Part shown: piece after piece, positions 12,639 through 22,739 of the stretch
Layout of the letters: the number at the start of each line of letters is the position of its first letter
Numbering within the stretch: position 1 is the stretch's first letter
From: an uncultured Planctomycetota bacterium
Lineage (GTDB): Bacteria; Planctomycetota; UBA1135; GCA-002686595
NCBI GenBank assembly: GCA_963829015.1
Contig: CAWHGR010000005.1
Span: forward strand, 12,738-76,737
Direction: 5' to 3'
Length of the DNA: 64,000 nucleotides
Program-made: the position numbers and the translations under genes
Notes under the pieces: generated by a model
The model's input: only the letters and a program-made list of their open reading frames with translations
Database searches by the model: none
Told to the model about the DNA's origin: nothing

Positions 12639-14859
12639 ATGACAAAGAACAATTCATCAGCAAAGACCGCACAAGCTTTCTCGCCGCACCTTCGTGGTCG
12701 GCTCGACGGCCGCCGCGGGCGGCGGCCTGGCGCTCGGCTTCCACCTGCCGTCCGGCGCCGCGTCGGCGCGCGCCGAGACCGCCGACGGCGTCGAGGTCAA
12801 TGCCTGGGTCGTCATCAAGCCCGACGACACCTGCATGATCCGCATCGCGCGCACCGAGATGGGCCAGGGCACCCGCACCGGCCTCGCCCAGCTCGTCGCC
12901 GAAGAGCTCGAATGCGACTGGAAGAAGGTGACGACCGAACTCCATCACGCCCGGCCAGAACCTCGCCCGCAAGCGGGTGTGGGGCGAAATGGGCACCGGC
13001 GGCAGCCGCGGCATCCGCACCTCGCAGGATTATGTCCGCCGCGGCGGCGCCGCCGCGCGCATGATGCTGCTGCAGGCGGCGGCCGATCAGTGGAAGGTGC
13101 CGGTCGGCGAGCTCACCGTCTCCGACGGCATCATCACCCATGCGGCGACGCAAGCGCACCGACGAGCTACGGCAAGGTCGCGGCGGCCGCCGCCAAGCTG
13201 ACGCCGCCCGACCCCAAGAGCATCACGCTCAAGGATCCGCGCAACTGGAAGATCGCCGGCAAGCCGATGAAGCGGCTCGACACCGCCGACAAGCTCAACG
13301 GCAGCAAGGTCTATGCGATCGACGTCAAGCTGCCGGGCATGCTGTGCGCCGCGATCAAGGACTGCCCGGTGTTCGGCGGCAAGCTCAAGAGCTATGACGA
13401 GGCCAAGATCGCCGGCCGTCCCGGCGTCAAGCGGCGTCGTCAAGGTGAAGGACAACGGCGTCGCGGTGGTCGCCGACACCTGGTGGCGGGCGAAGTCCGC
13501 GCTCGAGGCGCTGCCGATCGTGTGGGACGAGAGGCCCGAACGCGGCCGCGTCGAGCGCCGACCATCGCGGCGCATCTGCGCGACGGCTTCGACGCCGCCA
13601 CCAACAACGGCAACCGCGAGAACGGCGATGCCGTCAAGGCGATCGAAGGCGCCGCCAAGAAGGTCGAGGCGATCTATTCGACGCCGTTCCTCGCCCACGC
13701 CACCATGGAGCCGATGAACTGCACGGCCAAGATTTCGGCCGACAAGGCCGAGGCCTGGGTGCCGTCGCAGAACGCCGAGGCCTCGCTCGCGGCGCTGTCG
13801 GAAGCCTCCGGCCTGCCGCTCGACAAATGCGAGGTCTACCGGCTCGGACCCCGGCGGCGGCTTCGGCCGGCGCGGCGGCCCGCAGGACTATGTCCATCAG
13901 GCGGTCGCCATCGCCAAGAACTTCCCGGATACGCCGGTCAAGCTGATCTGGTCGCCGCGAGGAGGACATGGCGCACGACTTCTACCGGCCGATCTCGCAG
14001 TGCCAAGATGTCGGCCGGCCTCGACGAGCAGGGCAATCTGGTCGGCCTGCACGTGCGCATCTCCGGCCAGTCGATCAACGCCTTTCTCGAATCCGGCGGC
14101 GATCTCCGGCGGCAAGGACATGCGCCAGCTGCAGGGCTATGACGTGGCAGCCCGGCGATGCCCAGCTCGGCTACGCGGCGCCGAACATGCTCATCGAGTA
14201 TGTGATGCGCAACACCCACGTGCCGGTCGGTCCGTGGCGCGGCGTCAACACCAACCAGAACGCCGTCTACATGGAATGCTTCATGGACGAGGTGGCGCGG
14301 GCGGCCGGCAAGGACCCGCTCGAGTTCCGCCGCTCGCTGATGGGCAACTATCCCGAAGCATCTCGCGATGCCTCAATGCGGTCGCCGAGAAGGCCGACTG
14401 GGGCAAGCCGCTGCCGGCCGGCGTCCATCGCGGCATCGCGCAGTTCAACGGCTACGGCACCTATTCGGCGGCGGTCGCCGAGGTCTCGGTGAGCGACGAC
14501 CGGCAAGCTCAAGGTGCATCGCATGGTGCTGGCGGTGAATTGCGGCCATGCCGGTCAATCCCGACCAGATCGCCGCCCAGTGCGAAGGCTCGGTCGTCTT
14601 CGGGCTCACGGCGGCGCTCTACGGCGAGATGTCCGTCAAGGACGGCCGCATGGCGTCGCTCAATTTCGACACCTACCAGATCATGCGGCTGGCCGAGATG
14701 CCGAAGGTCGAGACCATCATCGTGCCGACCTACGACTTCTGGGGCGGCATCGGCGAGCCGACCATCTGCGTGGTCACGCCCGCCGTTCTCAACGCGATCC
14801 ACGCCGCCACCGGCAAGCCGGTGCGCAGCCTGCCGCTGAAGAACGTCAAGCTGGTGTAA
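12639..14859 (+). pseudogene. Molybdopterin-binding large subunit (IorB-type), about 10 frame shifts
   Basis: Tat-like start MTKNNSSAKTAQAFS(R)RTFVVGSTAAAGGG. Conserved blocks IRIARTEMGQGTRTGLAQLVAEELECDW, RVWGEMGTGGSRGIRTSQDY, KIAGKPMKRLDTADKLNG, YSTPFLAHATMEPMNC, HDFYRPISQ, PVGPWRGVNTNQNAVYMECFMDE and FWGGIGEPTICVVTPAVLNAIHAATG are spread over all three frames. Confidence 0.85.
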
Positions 14860-14869
14860 AGCGCTCGCC

Positions 14870-14889
14870 GCGTCGAGTCATCTCGACGC
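14870..14889 (+). terminator. Perfect 8-bp stem hairpin (gcgtcgag-tcat-ctcgacgc) 11 nt after the iorB-like stop; candidate terminator without U-tract
   Basis: Palindrome read directly from the sequence. A terminator function is inferred from its position only. Confidence 0.3.
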
Positions 14890-14890
14890 G

Positions 14891-15000
14891 GTCATTCCGG
14901 GGCGCCGCGCAAGCGGCGAACCCGGAATCCAGACGGTCTCGCGGCGCATTGCAGAAGCCTGGGTTCCGGGTTCGCGCGAAGATGCGCGCCCCGGAATGAC
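14891..15000. repeat. REP/MITE-like palindromic intergenic element (Bradyrhizobium/Rhodopseudomonas type)
   Basis: gtcattccggggcgc (14891-14905) is the perfect reverse complement of gcgccccggaatgac (14986-15000). Inner arms cgaacccggaatcc / gggttccgggttcg are also near-complementary. The gtcattccggggcgc...cccggaatg motif is a familiar dispersed repeat of Nitrobacteraceae genomes. Confidence 0.6.
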
Positions 15001-15004
15001 ATCG

Positions 15005-16229
15005 CTAAATCTCACCGCGCAGCCGCGACACCGCGTCCGCGAGCACCTCGCAGCCGAACACGATGTCGTCATCGCGACGTGTTCTCGGTGATGTCGTGGC
15101 TGATGCCGCCGATGCAGGGGACGAACATCATGGCGGCCGGCATGTAGCGCGCCACCACCATGGCGTCGTGGCCGGCGCCGCTCGGCAGCGACACCGGCTT
15201 CTCGCCGCGCGCCGCCGCCGCCGCGGCGATGGCCGCGCCGAGGTTCGGCGCTCATCGCGGTGGGCGCGATGCGCGCCGTCGCCTCGAGCCTCGATCCTGA
15301 CCGGGCCGCGATTGGCCGCGGCGACGCGCGCCAGGACGCGCTCCGCGGCTCGGTCCAGCACCGCGGCGTCGATGTCGCGGAATTCGAGCAGCATCTCGCC
15401 TTCGCCCGGCACCACGTTCGCGGCGCCGGGCCGGAAAATCATGTTGCCGATGTTCCACACGGTGTCGGGTCCGGCGAGGCGGCGCATGTCCTCGGTCGAC
15501 GCCCGGCCGCGAGCGCGATCAGGGCGGCGCCGGCGTCCTTGCGCATGGCCATCGGGGTGGTGCCGGCGTGATTGGCGCAGCCGTGGCTGCACGATGCGAA
15601 AGCGCCTGATCCCGACCAGCCCGGTCACCACGCCGATGCGGTTGCCGCCCGCTTCCATCCGCGGCCCCTGCTCGATATGGGCCTTCGAGGTAGCCGACAT
15701 AGCGCGCCGGCGTCGAAGCGATGCGGCGCAGGCTCGGCCGCGATCGTCGCCAGCGCCGCGGCGAGCGAGGCACCGTCCTTCGACTTGGCGGCCGGCGATC
15801 TCGGCGTCGTCGAGATCGTCGCAAAAGCTGCGGCTGCCGAGGAACGGCAGATAGGTGCCCTCCTCGTCCTCGAACGAGATGACGTCGACGCCGGTCGCGT
15901 GCGGCTCGTTCGCCTCGATGGCGGCGCGGGCGATCTCGAGCGCGTAGCCGACGCCGAGCGCGCCGTCGAGCCAGCCGCCCTTGGGCACCGTGTCGGTGTG
16001 CGAGCCGATCAGGATCGCTTTCGTTCGCATCGGGGTCGCGTCCGAGCACATTGCCGACGCGGTCCATCGACGCCTGCAAGCCGGCCGTCTGGAGCCTGCC
16101 GACCAGCCACCGTCGCGCCTCGATGTCCTGTGCCGACAGCGCGATGCGGTCGACTCCGGTCTTGAAGCCGCCGATGCTCGCAAGCTCGCGCAAATCCGCC
16201 AGCAGCCGTTTGCCGTTGATGCGTATCAT
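15005..16229 (-). pseudogene. M20-family Zn hydrolase (N-carbamoyl-L-amino-acid hydrolase / allantoate amidohydrolase type), at least 5 frame shifts
   Basis: MIRINGKRLLADLRELASIGGFKTGVDRIALSAQDIEARRWLVGRLQTAGL, ILIGSHTDTVPKGGWLDGALGVGYALEIARA, VDVISFEDEEGTY, HIEQGPRMEAGGNRIGVVTG, DTVWNIGNMIFRPGAANVVPGEGEMLLEFRD and the C-terminal [22 protein letters not shown] lie in different minus-strand frames. Confidence 0.75.
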
Positions 16230-16417
16230 CTGGTCGATTCCGCCCGATCCCTTGCCTGCCAAAGCATGTTCCGCCTCCGAAGTCGATGCGGCGTTCGGAT
16301 GGGCGAACGGCGCGAGCGCGCGCTCGGCTTTATCACGGCTACCCGGCCGGTCGGGATCATGCCTTAATGCGTGGCACCCTATCGCTGTCTGCAATCAATC
16401 CTGTTGGGAGAACCACG

Positions 16418-17938
16418 ATGAACCGGGGCACGCTTGTTCTGCAATCCGCCGCCGTTCTGCTCGGTCTCGGCGTGCTCGCCGGCCCGGCTGCCGCCCAGAC
16501 CGACGCGCGCAAGGCGCTCGCCTACGAGGCGATCGACCGCAATGCCGACCAGATCGCCACCATCGGCGACACCGTCTATTATTTCGGCGAGCTCGGCATG
16601 CAGGAGATCGAGAGCTCGAAATTCGTCAAAGGGGTGCTCGAATTGATCGGCTTCACCGTGGAGACCGGCACCGCCGGCATGAACACCAACGTCTGGGCCC
16701 ATTGGGGCACCGGCAAGCCGCAGGTCGTGATCGTCACGGAAATCGATGCGCTGCCCGGCGGCTCGCAGGCGCCGTTGAACATCGATCACAAGCCGCTCGT
16801 GTCGGGCGCGCCCGGCCACATGGAAGGCCACAACACCCATGCGGGCGTGGCGATCGGCGCCGCCTATGCGGTCAAGCAGGCGATGCAGCGCTTCAACATT
16901 CCCGGCAGCGTCGCGATCTCGTTCGGTCCCGCCGAGGAGCAGATCGTGAGCCGGCCGTTCCTGGTCCGCGCCGGGCTGTACAAGGATGCCGATGTCGCCA
17001 TCCTCCTGCATATCGGCGACACCTTCGGGGCGGGCTATGGGCTGATGAATTATGCCGCGATCAGCTCCAAGTTCACCTTTCACGGCAAGGCTGCCCATGG
17101 CGCCGTCGACCCCTGGAACGGCAAGGACGCGGTCGACGCGGTGGAGTTGATGGACATCGGCTTCGACAAGCTGCGCGAGCACCTGCGCCCGACCTACCGC
17201 GCCCACCGCGCCATCACCGCGGGCGGCATCCAGCCCAACATCATCGCCGACTACGGAGAGATCTGGTGGTTCGTGCGCGATGCCAACATGCCGGCGGCCA
17301 AGGAGACCTTCGACAAGCTCGTCAGGATCGCCGAGGGCGCCGCGCTGATGACCGGCACCACCTGGGAATACAAGATCGACGCGGCAGCCTGGCCGCAGCT
17401 CGGCCTGCGGCCCGTGGCCGAGGCTATCCACGCCAACATCGAGACGGTCGGCATGCCGCGTTGGAGCGAGGAGGAGCAGGCCTTCGCCCGCAAGTTCCAG
17501 ACCGCCATGGGGGCGAGGCCGATCGGGCTCAACACCAAGCCGACGGCACTCGGCCAACAACCGCAATCGGCGTCATCAAACGACAATGGCGACGTGACCT
17601 GGGTGGTGCCCAGCGCGCTGATGAGGTTTCCCGCCGCCGTGCCGGGGATCGGCGCGCACAATTGGCCGGCGGCAGTAACGCCGACCAGCACCATCGCCCA
17701 CAAGGGCATGATCGCGGGATCCAAGGTGCTGGCCGGAACCATCCTCGATCTCCTGACGCGCCCCGAGCTGGTCAAGGCCGCCCGTGCCGAGTTCGAAAAG
17801 GCGACGGACGAGATGAAATACTTCGCGGTGCTGCCTGCCGACGCCAAGCCGCCGCTCGACCTCAACAAGGAAACCATGGACCGCTACCGCCCAGCGATGC
17901 GCCAGTTCTACCTGGACAAGCCCGTCAGGTTCGAGTGA
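16418..17938 (+). CDS. Secreted M20-family amidohydrolase/peptidase (AbgB-like)
   Basis: Signal peptide MNRGTLVLQSAAVLLGLGVLAGPAAAQ, then GELGMQEIESSKF...VTEIDALPG...GHMEGHNTHAGVAIGAAYA...FHGKAAHGAVDPWNGKDAVDAV...HNWPAAV. The ORF is intact. Confidence 0.8.
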   Translation: MNRGTLVLQSAAVLLGLGVLAGPAAAQTDARKALAYEAIDRNADQIATIGDTVYYFGELGMQEIESSKFVKGVLELIGFTVETGTAGMNTNVWAHWGTGKPQVVIVTEIDALPGGSQAPLNIDHKPLVSGAPGHMEGHNTHAGVAIGAAYAVKQAMQRFNIPGSVAISFGPAEEQIVSRPFLVRAGLYKDADVAILLHIGDTFGAGYGLMNYAAISSKFTFHGKAAHGAVDPWNGKDAVDAVELMDIGFDKLREHLRPTYRAHRAITAGGIQPNIIADYGEIWWFVRDANMPAAKETFDKLVRIAEGAALMTGTTWEYKIDAAAWPQLGLRPVAEAIHANIETVGMPRWSEEEQAFARKFQTAMGARPIGLNTKPTALGQQPQSASSNDNGDVTWVVPSALMRFPAAVPGIGAHNWPAAVTPTSTIAHKGMIAGSKVLAGTILDLLTRPELVKAARAEFEKATDEMKYFAVLPADAKPPLDLNKETMDRYRPAMRQFYLDKPVRFE

Positions 17939-18089
17939 CGCGGGCGGCTCCGCGGCTGCCCCCGCCGTTTGCTGCCCGGCAACGGGAACGCGGTGGGGGC
18001 ATGCGATCAGACCGCAACCCGCGGTTTAGGGGCGAGCGCAGTTGGGATAAGGTCAGGCGGCGTGGTGGCGGGTCAGGCAGGAGAGCACG

Positions 18090-18362
18090 ATGCGCTTGAC
18101 GATCCTCCCATTCGCCGTCGCCATTGCCACTCTGGCCGGCGGAATTGGTGCAGCGCCGGCGCAATCGCCCTATTCCTATCCCTGGTGCGCCAGGGTCGTC
18201 ACCAAGTCGGCATCGACGAGCTGCTACTACGCCACCAAGGAGCTTTGCATGCTCACGATCTCCGGCGTCGGCGGCTATTGTTACCAAAACCCCGGGTATC
18301 AGGGTCGGGCGGCCGGGGCCGCCGGGCCGGCCCACAAGCGGCGCCCAGGGCGACCGTCCTGA
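18090..18362 (+). CDS. DUF3551-like small secreted Cys protein
   Basis: Signal peptide plus YPWCARVVTKSASTSCYYATKELCMLTISGVGGYCYQNP. This matches the YPWC...C...QC...SG.GG.C..NP pattern seen in Bradyrhizobiaceae DUF3551 proteins. Confidence 0.6.
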   Translation: MRLTILPFAVAIATLAGGIGAAPAQSPYSYPWCARVVTKSASTSCYYATKELCMLTISGVGGYCYQNPGYQGRAAGAAGPAHKRRPGRPS

Positions 18363-18595
18363 CGGCGCGCCTGACGCCGACGAGCAGCGACCGGGTCCTG
18401 CCGCGTAGCGGTCGCGCAGTCCGAATGTCTATGGGTGCGATTGACCGAGGTTGCGCGCCGGGAGCCAAGCCAATCGCCCAAGTCGAGCGGGAATCCGGGG
18501 GCGAATACCTTATTTTTTCACCGATCTTTACTGTTTTTTCGCCTTGTTCCTGCCCTATCTGGTTTACAACACTTATCGGGGTCATCCTCGGGGGG

Positions 18596-19656
18596 ATGTG
18601 GATTATGAATGTACGCGTGATCGCGGCGAGCCTGTTTGCGGTAGCGGGGATGATGAGCGCTGCCAGCGCCCAGTACTACCCACCGCCGCCTCCGGGCTAT
18701 GGTCAGCCGGTCTATCCGCCACCGGGATATGTGCCGGCGCCGGGCTATGCCCCGCCCCCTGGATACGCTCCGCCCCCGGGATACGCTCCGCCGCCCGGCT
18801 ATCGCGGCCGCCAAGTCGTCGACGATGACGACGATGTCGGCGCGCTGCCGGCGCCAGGGCCTTACGGAAGGCCGCGGGGCTATCAGTATAACGGCCCGGC
18901 CTATGACGGCCCGCAATACGGCCCGCCACGGCCGCCTTCGGTCATTCAACGGGACGCCTTGCCGGCTCCCGGCGCGGACCCGCAGTACCAGGACAACACC
19001 TTTGCGCCGCTCCCGGGCGCCGGGACTACGGCTACGCGCCGCCGGAACAGGCGCGGCCTCCAGGCGATGTGGGTCCCAACGCGTTTCCGGCACCGCCGTC
19101 CGCCCAGCCCGGCGGCTATGCCGGGCTGCCTCCGGACTACCAGCCGGAGGTCGGCAAGCCCAAGGAATTGCCGCCGCAGTTCCGCCGCCAGATGGTCGAG
19201 TTCGCGACCAAGGAACCGGCCGGCACGCTCATCATCGATACGCCCAACACCTACCTGTACCTGGTGCTCGGCGGCGGCAAGGCGGTGCGCTACGGCATCG
19301 GCGTCGGCCGCGAGGGCTTCACCTGGACCGGCCGCGAGCGCATCAGCAGGATGTCGGAATGGCCGGATTGGCATCCGCCCAAGGAGATGATCGAACGCCA
19401 GCCCTATCTGCCGCGCTTCATGGCCGGCGGCGAAAGCAATCCGCTGGGGGCGCGCGCGCTCTATCTCGGCAACACGCTGTACCGCATCCACGGCACCAAC
19501 CAGCCCTCGACGATCGGAACCTTCGTGTCGTCGGGCTGCATCCGCCTGACCAACAACGACATCGAGGATCTCTACAGCCGCGTCAATGTCGGCACCAAGG
19601 TCGTCGTCTACCCGGGCAAGCCTTCGCCCGAGACCACCGCCAGCGTGGTGCGGTAG
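18596..19656 (+). pseudogene. L,D-transpeptidase (YkuD domain) with proline-rich N-terminal repeats; one frame shift near 19020
   Basis: Signal peptide, then PGYAPP repeats, then after the frame switch ...LIIDTPNTYLYLVLGGGKAVRYGIGVGREGFTWTG...NPLGARALYLGNTLYRIHGTNQPSTIGTFVSSGCIRLTNNDIEDLY (YkuD catalytic His/Cys motif). Confidence 0.8.
18718..18804 (+). repeat. In-frame tandem repeat encoding PGY(V/A)P(A/P)P units
   Basis: ccgggctatgccccgccccct / ggatacgctccgcccccg / ggatacgctccgccgccc / ggctat is translated as PPGYVPAPGYAPPPGYAPPPGYAPPPGY. Confidence 0.7.
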
Positions 19657-19771
19657 GGCCGCCGCGCCACGGTGCCCGCCTCTTCGATGCGGACCGCCAC
19701 ATGACGGATTGACTGCGCGGGCTTGCTCGCGCACCATCCGCCCCGGGCGGCAACGGGATGGGGGTGTGGCC

Positions 19772-20083
19772 ATGCGCGGGATGCGACCGTGGCGGCAGGC
19801 GGTGGTTTGGGGCTGCGTGGCGTGGTTCTCGAACTGCCCATGGAACGACGTACGCACCAATGCCATTCCGCTTGAATTCGGCATGCCGCCCGACGTGGTC
19901 GCGACGGCGTTGGGCGTGCCGATCGTCCATGTGTCGGGAGGCGCCGGCAACGAAGTCTATTATGCCGAGCGTTCGACCCTCGTGCCCAGCCTGTTCACCT
20001 ATGACCGCCGGCTGTGGCTCCAATTCCGCAACGGCAAGCTCACCGGCTGGACCAACGATTACAAGCGCGGCGGGCCGTGGTAG
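19772..20083 (+). CDS. Hypothetical small protein
   Basis: ORF MRGMRPWRQAVVWGCVAWFSNCPW...RLWLQFRNGKLTGWTNDYKRGGPW has non-junk composition downstream of the transpeptidase gene. I recognise no family. Confidence 0.35.
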   Translation: MRGMRPWRQAVVWGCVAWFSNCPWNDVRTNAIPLEFGMPPDVVATALGVPIVHVSGGAGNEVYYAERSTLVPSLFTYDRRLWLQFRNGKLTGWTNDYKRGGPW

Positions 20084-20133
20084 CCCCGGTCCCGGCAATC
20101 CGCGGAACCGGGCATGATCGTTCAATTCTGACG

Positions 20134-20748
20134 TTATTTTTGATGTGGCTGGCCCGGCGCTGGGACGGCGATCGCCTTCGTCCATAGCCGGCTCAGCTTT
20201 CGCGCCCCGGTTCCCGACATGTGGCAGCCGTCATAGCGGTCGGACGCCGAATTGAGCTCCGCATCCATGTCGGGCCCGGAGTACAACCCTTCTCCCTCGG
20301 CGATCAGCCGCTTCTGGGACCGGACGATCGGATTGTCCGGCTTTGGGGGTGTCGCCGCGCCGTCGCAGTAACCGGACTCGATCGCCACGAATATGGGCGC
20401 GCGGATTCCGCTCCCCCGCAGCGCTGCGATCACCCTGGCAAAGCGCGCGAAATATTCCTCCGCCGGCGTGCCGGCCATGAGGTCCGCCTCGCCTTGCGCA
20501 ATGAACACATGGGTGAATGCGAGCCCGGGGCCGATGGAGCCGACGGCATCCATGAGATGCGCGTGCAAGCGGCCTCCCGGCGCCCATTGGCCGATATAGG
20601 ATCCCGACACCGCGGCCGTGACGAGGACCACCGCGTCGAACAGTTTTTGCCGTACCAGTTCGTTTCCAACCAGGGTCCACACGTTTCCGCCGCCATAGTC
20701 GGTGCCCAGCAGCGGATCGGCGGCGCGATAGCAGCGGCCGCGGAAATA
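20134..20748 (-). pseudogene. 5'-truncated SGNH/sialate-O-acetylesterase-like hydrolase fragment, cut by IS1595 insertion
   Basis: ...NVWTLVGNELVRQKLFDAVVLVTAAVSGSYIGQWAPGG...HVFIAQGEADLMAGTPAEEYFARFARVIAALRGSGIRAPIFVAIESGY...RYDGCHMSGTGARKLSRLW. The reading frame runs straight into the IS left inverted repeat, and no N-terminal part is found beyond the IS. Confidence 0.55.
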
Positions 20749-21719
20749 CTTGACGCCACCACCCCCTACATATAGCGTGAGGGCGTGAAAGAGGATTATC
20801 CGCGAACACTGATGGAATTGGAACAACGTTTCGCCGATGACGAAGCGTGCAGGCAGTATTTGTTCGGGCTTCGGTGGCCGCAGGGAATCGAGTGTTCGGC
20901 CTGCGGAGGCAGGGGCGTTTGGAAAGGAAGCCGTAACCGCCTGCTGTGTACGTCTTGTCGACGGCAGATTTATATCCTTGCGGGCACTGTTTTTCAGGAC
21001 AGCCACCTCCCTTTGACGCTCTGGTTCCGAGCAATGTGGCATCTCACAAGCCAGAAGAATGGGATCAGTGCTTTGGGGTTGCAGCGGGAACTTGGAATCG
21101 GAAGCTATAAGACGGCGTGGACGTTGTTGCACAAGTTGCGTCGAGCCATGGTTCGTCCCGGTCGTGAGCGTTTGCGGGGTGCCGTCGAAGTTGATGAGGC
21201 CTATTGGGGAGCACCGGAAGAAGGCGCTGTTGGCCGGTTAACCGAGGATAAAGCCTTGATAGCCGTAGCCGTTGAAGAAGATCGGGATGGCATCGGGCGC
21301 ATACGCCTTCATCGCATTCCCAATCTAACGCGAGCAACCTTGCATGACTTTATTGCTCAATCCATTGAGCCGGGCAGCACCGTGCGGACGGATGGGTTGC
21401 CAGCCTATCTTGATTTGGCCGGCTATGATCATGATCGAAAGGTGCAGCGGGACCAGCCGAAAGGCGAACACCTGCTGCCTCGCGCCCACCGTGTCATCTC
21501 CCTTTTCAAGCGGTGGTTGATGGGTACCCACCAAGGAGCCGTCAGCCATGATCACCTAGACGACTACCTCAACGAATTTGTTTTCCGATTCAACCGCCGC
21601 AAGTCCGCGTCACGAGGCAAGCTGTTTTTCCGGCTGGCACAGCAAGCCGTACAGGTGGCTCCGGCACCTTATGCGACACTCATCACTCCACAACATGTAG
21701 GGGGTGGTGGCGTCAAGTA
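20747..21719 (+). mobile_element. IS1595-family insertion sequence (~973 bp) with perfect terminal inverted repeats
   Basis: tacttgacgccaccaccccctacat (20747-20771) is the exact reverse complement of atgtagggggtggtggcgtcaagta (21695-21719). The repeats enclose a single transposase ORF. Confidence 0.9.
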
Positions 21720-21720
21720 A
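20785..21720 (+). CDS. IS1595-family transposase
   Basis: N-terminal zinc ribbon CSACGG...CTSCRRQ, then FQDSHLPLTLWFRAMWHLTSQKNGISALGLQRELGIGSYKTAWTLLHKLRRAM and the DDE region VEVDEAYWG...VRTDGLPAYLDL...NEFVFRFNRR. Confidence 0.9.
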   Translation: MKEDYPRTLMELEQRFADDEACRQYLFGLRWPQGIECSACGGRGVWKGSRNRLLCTSCRRQIYILAGTVFQDSHLPLTLWFRAMWHLTSQKNGISALGLQRELGIGSYKTAWTLLHKLRRAMVRPGRERLRGAVEVDEAYWGAPEEGAVGRLTEDKALIAVAVEEDRDGIGRIRLHRIPNLTRATLHDFIAQSIEPGSTVRTDGLPAYLDLAGYDHDRKVQRDQPKGEHLLPRAHRVISLFKRWLMGTHQGAVSHDHLDDYLNEFVFRFNRRKSASRGKLFFRLAQQAVQVAPAPYATLITPQHVGGGGVK

Positions 21721-21770
21721 ATAGCCCTAAACTGGATTGTCTTGGTCCTCCGATCAGATTATCTTATCAC

Positions 21771-22721
21771 GTGGTCTCGTTACGGCAGCTGCGCTATCTC
21801 GAAGCGCTGGCGGAGCACCGCCATTTCGGGCGGGCGGCCGATGCTTGCTCGATCAGCCAGCCGGCGCTGTCGATGCAGATCCGCGATCTCGAAAAGGCGC
21901 TCGGCGTCACCCTGGTGGAGCGGCGGCCGGGCCAGGTGGCGCTCACCGAGATCGGCGGCGAGCTCGCGCGGCGCGCCGGCCGGGTGCTGGTCGCGACCCG
22001 CGACCTCGAGGAATTCGCCCGCCATCACGGCCGCGTGCTGTCCGGCCGCCTGCAGCTCGGCATCATTCCCTCGCTCGGTCCCTATGTGCTGCCGCAAATC
22101 CTGCCGGTTCTGCAACGCCGTTTTCCCGAGTTGCGCATCGAGGTGCGGGAAACCCAGACCAAGCCCCTCCTCGAAGAGCTCATCCGCGGCGCGCTCGATG
22201 CGGTCATGCTCGCGCTGCCGGTCGAAGAGCCCGACATCGAGACGCTTGCCCTGTTCGACGACACCTTCCTGCTCGCCGTCCCCGCCGGCGAGGGAAAGCC
22301 CTATCCCGCCCGGGTGACGCCGCAGGAGATCGATCAGTCGCGGCTCATCCTGCTGGAGGAGGGACACTGCCTGCGCGACCAGGCGCTGGCCTATTGCGCC
22401 GGCGCGCGTCCCCACCAGGCCATGGGTCTCGGCGCATCGAGCCTGGCGACGGTGATGCAGATGGTCGCGAATGGTTACGGCATCACGCTGGTGCCGAAGG
22501 TCGCGGTCGAGGTCGAGGTGCGTGACTATCGCGTCAAGCTGGTGCGCTTCGCGGCGCCCGAACCCGGCCGCACCGTCGGCCTCGCGTGGCGGCGCACCTC
22601 GCCGCGCAAGGCGGATTTCGTCGCGCTCGGAGCGCTCGTGAGCGAGACGCTGGGGCCGCCGGAGGCGGAGGCGTCGGGACGGCGGGCGGGCAAGACCCCG
22701 GCCAAATCCGTACGTTCCTGA
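21771..22721 (+). CDS. oxyR: LysR-family peroxide-sensing regulator OxyR
   Basis: LRQLRYLEALAEHRHFGRAADACSISQPALSMQIRDLE is the HTH. LLEEGHCLRDQALAYC carries both redox cysteines in the same spacing as E. coli C199/C208. Confidence 0.85.
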   Translation: MVSLRQLRYLEALAEHRHFGRAADACSISQPALSMQIRDLEKALGVTLVERRPGQVALTEIGGELARRAGRVLVATRDLEEFARHHGRVLSGRLQLGIIPSLGPYVLPQILPVLQRRFPELRIEVRETQTKPLLEELIRGALDAVMLALPVEEPDIETLALFDDTFLLAVPAGEGKPYPARVTPQEIDQSRLILLEEGHCLRDQALAYCAGARPHQAMGLGASSLATVMQMVANGYGITLVPKVAVEVEVRDYRVKLVRFAAPEPGRTVGLAWRRTSPRKADFVALGALVSETLGPPEAEASGRRAGKTPAKSVRS

Positions 22722-22739
22722 GCCTGCCGAGCACCCGGT

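Noticed and set aside
21735-21746. Identical 12-mer gattgtcttggt next to the IS1595 right end (21735-21746) and in the AbiEii islet (26955-26966)
   Set aside because: In 64 kb, roughly a hundred exact 12-mer coincidences are expected by chance. The flanking bases diverge immediately.
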